Positions 58,013-64,000 of a stretch of DNA of 64,000 nt are shown piece by piece. This DNA is from Gemmatimonadota bacterium (GTDB lineage: Bacteria; Gemmatimonadota; Gemmatimonadetes; Palauibacterales; Palauibacteraceae), in the NCBI GenBank assembly GCA_963666735.1, contig OY762926.1:1-64000 (forward strand). Reading direction: 5' to 3'. The stretch's first letter is position 1. The number at the start of each line of letters is the position of its first letter. Below the pieces are notes generated by a model, which saw only the letters and a program-made list of their open reading frames with translations, did not search any database and was not told the origin of the DNA. Both the position numbers and the translations under genes were made by a program.

Positions 58013-59953
58013 TCATGGGTTGACGGCCTTCCTCGCCTGCCAGACCGGCTCCCATATCTCGTTGAGGCCGTCCGGCAGGAGTTCTTTCCCCTCCTCGGTC
58101 TTCTCAAGGTCCGCGATCAACCGGGCGGCCTCGTCGATCCGGTCCGGGTTGCTGCTCAGGCTCTGGAGGAGCGCCTCGAGGAGGGCCGCCTCGCGCCAGC
58201 CGCCGAACGACCCGTCGGCAGCCGAGCCGTCCTGGCCTGCCGCATCCACGAATGCGGACACATCGGCCCCCTCGTCCATGAGGATGAGAAGCAGCAGTCT
58301 CAAGACCCGGCGGCGGTCCTTCAGGAGCGAACGCAGCAGGCGTTCCTTCCGGTTTTCGGGCGCCCCGACCAACTCGGCCGTGGCCACGAACCGCTTCCGC
58401 ACCTCGTGCTTTCCATCCCCCAGCGTCACCTCGAACGCGAAGAAAGCGGTCAGCGCTTCGAAGGACAGCCGATTGAAGGTGGCAATTCGGTCGGCAAGCT
58501 CGGTCGGGTCCGCCGACTCGGTCGGACCGACCGGCCCATGCCGTGCGCTCCTCAGCCCATGGATCTGCAGGGCTGCCTCCGCGGTGAGCGTCGCCGGCCA
58601 CACCCTGACCTCCGCTGTCGGCGGGATTTCCGGGAGTTCTCCCGACAAGACGATATTCCAGCGTCCCCCCTCATCTACTTCTGTTTGGCACACGGTGGCT
58701 GTCAGACGCGCTGCTCCGAGCAGGCGAACCAGCCTCTCGGCGCCCCTCTCCAGCTTCTCCTTGGCGTCGTCGGGTCCTTCGATAGAGTCCGGAGGCCGGT
58801 ACTCCTGCAGGATCGACCGGAGGGTCGCGAGCTTCGGATCGTCCTCGAGTCCGAGGAGCGCATCGATCCCACAGCACTTCTTCATTCCGAAGAGTTCGAC
58901 CAGAACTTCCACGTTCTGGTGGAACGCCGCGCCCGTTGCATTGGACGAGCCCGTGAAGAGCCTTGCACGCCAGCCGTGCTCGAAGAGAAACAACTTGGCG
59001 TGAAGGCCCGTCAGTTCGATCTCGTCCTCGCCGGTCGGCGGCTCGTCCGATCCTTCCTTCCCCTCATTCTCGGCGTCACGCGCGTCGAGGTCTGCACCAC
59101 TCGAGAGGACGTAACACGTCTTTGGCAGAGCCTCGCGCCCCCCGGCGCGAACGATGTCCTCGAAGGCCTCCGGCCGCGAGATCAGCACGTCGAGCCCGTG
59201 ATCCCGCTTCAGGTCCCGGACGGTCGAGCCAACTAGAAACGGTGACACTACGAGGCTCCGTCCGTACTTCGGGAAGGGCCATTCGCGACGCCCTCCCAAC
59301 CCGAAGTTGTGGACGCGGAAGTCGTTAAAGCCCGGAGGGGACTGGAAGTCCACCCGCCTGATGTCGTTCGCCATCCGCTCGAGTTCTTCCTGCAACTCCG
59401 GCGAGATCGGACGTGCGCTGAGTTTCGGGAGAGCCAGAAGCAGCTCCGCGAAGGGTCCGTTCCGCTCGTAGTCGCCTTGGCCCTCCGTGAGCGTCCCCTC
59501 GAGACGGAGACAGGTGTCCCAAGCCCGGGCGAACGTCAGGTTGCGGGATAGGCACAACACTCGGTAGATCGCCGGCCCGTCGTCCGCCTCGAAGGCCAGC
59601 ACCCAGACCTTCGGGTGGAAGATTCCTCCTTCGTGTCGCGCCTGGACTTCAATGACCGAGCGTTCGAGGAAAGCCAGGAGCCCTTGGCCCGGCGCCGGAA
59701 CGCCGATTGCGCCGGCCTGGCAGAAGAGCGTGATCCTCCCGGCATGCCGCCGCAGTGCCTCGAGCAGCAGCACCGGGTCGGCCATGGGCGCGCCGTCGTC
59801 GTCGTGCGCGTCGAAGAAGGTGAAGGCGAGCGGCGCCGTGAGGAGCGCCATCAGGTCCAGCGTGAAGCTGGTCCCCACGGCGCGCCGCAGGCGGTAGCCG
59901 GCCGGCGGGCGCAGGCTGTCGAGAAAGAGGGTCCGGTCACGCGTTCCCAGCAT
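58013..59953 (-). CDS. Phospholipase D-family nuclease
   Basis: FHPK...LSRNLT and LHAK...GSSNAT...NVE; overlaps DUF6361 stop. Confidence 0.85.
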   Translation of the reverse strand: MLGTRDRTLFLDSLRPPAGYRLRRAVGTSFTLDLMALLTAPLAFTFFDAHDDDGAPMADPVLLLEALRRHAGRITLFCQAGAIGVPAPGQGLLAFLERSVIEVQARHEGGIFHPKVWVLAFEADDGPAIYRVLCLSRNLTFARAWDTCLRLEGTLTEGQGDYERNGPFAELLLALPKLSARPISPELQEELERMANDIRRVDFQSPPGFNDFRVHNFGLGGRREWPFPKYGRSLVVSPFLVGSTVRDLKRDHGLDVLISRPEAFEDIVRAGGREALPKTCYVLSSGADLDARDAENEGKEGSDEPPTGEDEIELTGLHAKLFLFEHGWRARLFTGSSNATGAAFHQNVEVLVELFGMKKCCGIDALLGLEDDPKLATLRSILQEYRPPDSIEGPDDAKEKLERGAERLVRLLGAARLTATVCQTEVDEGGRWNIVLSGELPEIPPTAEVRVWPATLTAEAALQIHGLRSARHGPVGPTESADPTELADRIATFNRLSFEALTAFFAFEVTLGDGKHEVRKRFVATAELVGAPENRKERLLRSLLKDRRRVLRLLLLILMDEGADVSAFVDAAGQDGSAADGSFGGWREAALLEALLQSLSSNPDRIDEAARLIADLEKTEEGKELLPDGLNEIWEPVWQARKAVNP

Positions 59954-61175
59954 CGCCCTCGCCTCGCGCCAGCCCGTCAAAGATGTCCTTGAGGATCCGC
60001 TTCGCGGGGCCCCACCGGTACGCCATCCGCCCCGAACCGGAGTCCCCTCCCCAGAGTTCCCGGTGGCGCGCGTTGGTGAGCCGCGCACGGCCCCCCTTGA
60101 GTCGGTGCTCGCGGTCCCGCACGAGGGTTCGTGCTCTCGAGTCCTTCGCCGCGATGGCCTTGGGCCCGTCCGCCTTCAGACACTCGACCCAACTCTCGGC
60201 GAAGATCTTGGTCAGGAAGCTGGGTGATCGCCCCAGGCCCCGCATCACCTCCCACACGCCGCCCAGTCCCCAGTCCTCCAGATCTCGCCCAAGTGCCTCA
60301 ACGTCGTCGCCCCAGACCTTCAATCTGCCGCGATACTTCTCTATCCAATCTTCGCGTCGCCTCAATTCGGAGAGCATGAGGTTGTAGAGAAGCGCCGCCC
60401 CCTGCATACAGACGGCGAAGAGCTTGGCATCGTGAAGCTGCCGTCGCAGGCGCGGCGAGATCTCACTGAGATGGGAGACTTGCCATGGCCGGCCGGCGTC
60501 CAGATCGGCCGGCTCGGCGCGGCCCGCCAGCACGGCCAGCAGGCTCTCCGGATGCTGAGCCTGAATCCGGTCACGCAGGTAATCGGCGTCCTTCCACCGA
60601 AGCGCCACCGAGACGTTCTCCTTCGGAAATCCGTCCGGAGGATCCGGGACGTGGGGGTGCCAGTTCGTCGGCGGTGAGCTCCTGTCTTCCGGGTCGTGCG
60701 GTGTCCCCCGGAACCGGTCGCGGCGACGGTAGAAGCTGTCCAGCGAGCGGAAGTACGCCCACTTGTGACCCGGGAACGTCCCGATCCCCCAGCTTTGGAG
60801 CCCTCCCCAATAGACCTCGCTAGGAAGCCGCTTCAGCGCGTCACCCGCGAGGATCCCAAACACCCCGGCCCTGTCGTCGCCCGCCCTCAGGAGGCGGTTC
60901 AGCCGCAGCTCCTCGTTCCGGGTCCACGCCGCCGCCTTGTTCGAGGGCTTCCGCAGGTCCTCAAGTCGCAGGAAGATCCACGGCACGAGCAGCAAGTAGC
61001 ACGCCCGCGTCTGGATCGTGCTGGTGCCGGGGAAGAACAGATCCGAATAGCTGTCGCGAACGCCAGCCAGGCCAAGCTCGTCGACCGTCCCGGTCTCCCG
61101 AAACAGGTCGATGACCTCCAACGCGCGACGCCGGTCACGCTCGGAGTAGTCCAACCAAGTCAGTGAAGAAGCCAT
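59937..61175 (-). CDS. DUF6361 family protein
   Basis: WLD.S, DELGL..VRD..SD.FFPGTSTIQTRA.Y, KRLPS.VYW.GL..WGI, YRW. Confidence 0.8.
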   Translation of the reverse strand: MASSLTWLDYSERDRRRALEVIDLFRETGTVDELGLAGVRDSYSDLFFPGTSTIQTRACYLLLVPWIFLRLEDLRKPSNKAAAWTRNEELRLNRLLRAGDDRAGVFGILAGDALKRLPSEVYWGGLQSWGIGTFPGHKWAYFRSLDSFYRRRDRFRGTPHDPEDRSSPPTNWHPHVPDPPDGFPKENVSVALRWKDADYLRDRIQAQHPESLLAVLAGRAEPADLDAGRPWQVSHLSEISPRLRRQLHDAKLFAVCMQGAALLYNLMLSELRRREDWIEKYRGRLKVWGDDVEALGRDLEDWGLGGVWEVMRGLGRSPSFLTKIFAESWVECLKADGPKAIAAKDSRARTLVRDREHRLKGGRARLTNARHRELWGGDSGSGRMAYRWGPAKRILKDIFDGLARGEGDAGNA

Positions 61176-61265
61176 GGATCCTCCTCTTCCAAGCTGGCAT
61201 CGCCGAGGATCGATCATCGTCGGAGGGCTGCGGCCGAGCCATTTCCGACGTCGAGTTACCGGTCG

Positions 61266-62141
61266 TCACTCTGCCAGAAGCACGGCTACGATTTCGAGCG
61301 AGATAGTCGCTAGCCGGATCACAAAAAGAGCTTCGGCGCGAGTGTATTCGCGAGCTTCAGCTTGGTGAGCAGCGAGGTTGCCCATGCGCTTCGCACGAGC
61401 GATGACACCTCCGTATAGATCCGCATGCCGTTTGTCGATCTTATCCGTCAGGGCTGCCTGGAGATCATCTCCGGTAGCCGCTGTGATGGACTTCTCCATG
61501 AGGCCGATGGCCTTCCGTGCCCGCAGGACCGCGTAGTCGAAATCGCCTCGATCTACCGCGTCTCGCGCGCGACGGAGTTCCGAGAGGCTTGTGTCGTACC
61601 GATTTGCGTACATGAGGTGGTAACGGACCTCCAGGACATCGACCTGCTCCCCGGTGGCTGAACGAACGACTTCGAGCCAATCGTCCCGGGGGACCTGAAA
61701 ACGAATTTCCTGGACTCGGGCATCAGTGGTCGCTCCGCCGATCTCGACACGCGGCCAGAGTTGCATCTTCAGAGTGAGAAGGCCACCCGCTCGGTATTCT
61801 TCGAGTTGTTCCAGTCGATAACTGCCGAGATCGAGGGCAACGGCGCCTCCTTGGGTATCCACATAGCCGAACGAGCGGAGGGGGTGCGCTGCGCCGTCCC
61901 GCACCAGCTGGCCGACGAAGCGATCATCTGGCCCGAGCCGTAGTTCACCCCCAAGATCGACCAGCTGGTATTGCTCCTGCCGATTCCCTTCACCCGCATG
62001 AACAAGATGTCCCAGAGTCCAGGCAAGCCCGAAGCGAATTCGCGGGGTTAGGGCGGGGACGGCCGCGACATCCGTTACAGCTACGTGACCTACGATCGTG
62101 GGCCCTATCGTGACGCGCCCAGCGCCGTAACCGGTCGACAT
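61266..62141 (-). CDS. Hypothetical protein with C-terminal HEPN-like domain
   Basis: Intact ORF co-oriented with neighbours; helical C-terminus with AV..ARKA and GNLAAH. Confidence 0.55.
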   Translation of the reverse strand: MSTGYGAGRVTIGPTIVGHVAVTDVAAVPALTPRIRFGLAWTLGHLVHAGEGNRQEQYQLVDLGGELRLGPDDRFVGQLVRDGAAHPLRSFGYVDTQGGAVALDLGSYRLEQLEEYRAGGLLTLKMQLWPRVEIGGATTDARVQEIRFQVPRDDWLEVVRSATGEQVDVLEVRYHLMYANRYDTSLSELRRARDAVDRGDFDYAVLRARKAIGLMEKSITAATGDDLQAALTDKIDKRHADLYGGVIARAKRMGNLAAHQAEAREYTRAEALFVIRLATISLEIVAVLLAE

Positions 62142-62228
62142 GTCAGCAGCTCCAATCGAGTTGATGTTCGTGAGGCATCAGGCCGTCAGCCGGCATCGAG
62201 TGCCGGTTGCGGTAGAAACGTGCTGCCG

Positions 62229-64000
62229 TTAATCGAGGCCGAAAACGTACGCACGGCCCGGGCCAGTTGTATCCAGGTCGAACCGGGCAGAGGCAAGCGC
62301 CTTCGCCTGCCGTTGCGGCGAAGCGTCGAAGGCATGTGGAACGTCACGAGCCGGGCGGAGGAAACCGAATCCGTGATCGAGATGGCAACGCCAGCGCGTT
62401 TCGTCGTCCCATGTGATTTCGAATTTTCGTTCATGCGGGACACGCTTGCTGCTGCGGAAGACAATCTCAAGCGGTAGCGGCGTGGTGCCGAAGAGGTGTT
62501 CGATCGCGGCCTTCGCTTCTCGGGTCAACGTCCAGTCGTCCTGAATCCACTGACGCTGCGAGGCACGCTTCGCCGGGGTCGTAGTGAGAACGCGAAAACG
62601 TGCGTCGCGCGCCCCGTCTCCCGCGGTTGTTGCCAGCTCGGTAACGACTTCCAGGAGGATACGGGCGACCAGCGGGGAGCGAACGTAGCGATCTTGATAC
62701 ACCACGCGCTGAATAGGTAGGCCTCGCTCCAAGCGCTCGGACAGGGCGGGAGAAGCGCTCCGGATCGCCTGCCAGAACGCCGCACCGGTCTTGTTGATAG
62801 GGACGCGGAGATGGTCACCGAGCGCGAGGCTGCTCGCCTGGCCGGGCGGCGGCGCGTCGAGTTGAGACGCTTCTACCGGATCCAGCGCAGCCGGGACTTC
62901 CGTCGAGTACCCCCTAACTACGTGGGCGCCTTCTCCAGACACGCCCCATTCGGGGCCGGGGATCAGTGCGTCAGGGGTTCGAGCGGCGAACGTAACGGTC
63001 CGGCCCGGAGAGGAGAGTTCCGCAATGACGGATCGTTTGGGGCGGCGTGCGCGACCGCGGAGCAGCCGCAGGCCAAACGTCTGCTCCCAGACCATGAGTT
63101 GCAGCCGTTCTTCGCGCGGAATCGCAGTCACGTCACGCGGAAGAACCAGTTCGACCTGATGACGCTTGTCGGTCCAGCGCAGCAGGTCTCGGGCGAGCGT
63201 CCAGTCACAAAGAGACCACTGAGATTCGTCGTCGCCCAAGTGAAGGCGCACCGTGTCGGTAGGGCCAAGCTCTCGGCGGATGGCGTCGTCGACCGGTTCG
63301 AACTCGAACCGTGTGTCGGGACCGAACAGTTGTTCCTCGACCGGGAGATCGAGTGCCGCCAGGAAGGTGTCGCTCAGGATGTTACGCGCCCGATGGCGGT
63401 CCAGGCGGTCCACATCGTGATGTGTGTCGTATGAGAGAAGACACGCGTGACAGGCCTTGTCGCAGCCTCGCGCGCAGTCGAGGGTTCTGCGCGCCTGGCG
63501 CAGCAACGCCGGCAGGTGTTCCGGAGCCTGAGCGACGAAGCCTGCGCCACCCGTGGCGTGGTCGTAAAGGAGGATCGACACGTTCGTTTCGCCCGTCTCC
63601 TCGACCCTGGCCCTCTTGATAGCCCAGCCGATTTCGCGACTCTCCACGCCGATCCTCTGGGAGAGAGCCTCGCGCAACGCGACGGCGATAGAGGAGGCTG
63701 CCACAGCGTCGATGGCTTCCTTGGAGTCGGTATCCTCGTCACCATCGACGGCGGACGCGAAGTGGACGGGGCGTACCTGGAGTTCGAATACATCGGTCTC
63801 GCGGGAGACGCCAAGCCATTCATTGCGACGGATCGTGTAGGTCCCGTCGTTCCCCGAGCAAAGGTTGTCCGGTCCGACCGTCGACCCGCCCCGAAGCGGC
63901 TTGTGCCCTCGCATTCGCTTCGGGCGCTCGCCCTTCTTCTCGTGCTCGGCCACAGCGCGACCGCAGTGCAGGCAGATCGCGAATCCGTGCCCGTACTCGC
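62229..64000 (-). CDS. C-terminal part of a large DUF1998 helicase (DruE-like); 5' end outside window
   Basis: GHGFAICLHCGRA, LYD..TGGAGF, C...CDKACHACLL, Y.DRY.RSP. Confidence 0.82.
   Translation of the reverse strand, partial: EYGHGFAICLHCGRAVAEHEKKGERPKRMRGHKPLRGGSTVGPDNLCSGNDGTYTIRRNEWLGVSRETDVFELQVRPVHFASAVDGDEDTDSKEAIDAVAASSIAVALREALSQRIGVESREIGWAIKRARVEETGETNVSILLYDHATGGAGFVAQAPEHLPALLRQARRTLDCARGCDKACHACLLSYDTHHDVDRLDRHRARNILSDTFLAALDLPVEEQLFGPDTRFEFEPVDDAIRRELGPTDTVRLHLGDDESQWSLCDWTLARDLLRWTDKRHQVELVLPRDVTAIPREERLQLMVWEQTFGLRLLRGRARRPKRSVIAELSSPGRTVTFAARTPDALIPGPEWGVSGEGAHVVRGYSTEVPAALDPVEASQLDAPPPGQASSLALGDHLRVPINKTGAAFWQAIRSASPALSERLERGLPIQRVVYQDRYVRSPLVARILLEVVTELATTAGDGARDARFRVLTTTPAKRASQRQWIQDDWTLTREAKAAIEHLFGTTPLPLEIVFRSSKRVPHERKFEITWDDETRWRCHLDHGFGFLRPARDVPHAFDASPQRQAKALASARFDLDTTGPGRAYVFGLD

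Noticed and set aside
1..64000. tRNA/rRNA genes, prophage or integrase-defined island boundary
   Set aside because: No cloverleaf or rRNA signatures, phage structural genes or site-specific recombinase were recognised by eye; tRNAscan-SE would be the definitive check.

Overview
A high-GC bacterial window with two halves; gene content suggests Gemmatimonadota, but that is inference. About 1-32 kb is mostly housekeeping and metabolic: mgtE, meaB, methylmalonyl-CoA mutase large subunit, a TolB-repeat amidohydrolase, alpha carbonic anhydrase, ggt, a benzoate-CoA-ligase-family enzyme, a PLP decarboxylase, a PhoD-like phosphatase, an SNF2 helicase and an ABC substrate-binding protein. Accessory genes are interspersed (DUF222-HNH, AAA_14 ATPase, HEPN-MNT pair). 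About 33-64 kb is a decaying defence island. It holds five or more type II TA modules, McrBC, an IS3-disrupted HsdR_N nuclease, a frameshifted nuclease-nitrilase/NucS/DUF429 operon, DUF3800, a DUF6361-PLD-helicase triad and the 3' part of a DUF1998 (DruE-like) helicase. The best candidate for an undescribed system is the DUF3800 locus. A sigma70-type promoter is followed by a ~60-nt RNA that can fold into an H-type pseudoknot plus terminator, then the gene, which is the layout of type III toxin-antitoxin loci. The second candidate is the nuclease-nitrilase fusion operon. Many short diverged duplications of gene 5' or 3' ends also occur across the window. No tRNA, rRNA or CRISPR array was seen. 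All family calls come from motif recognition by eye, not from database searches.
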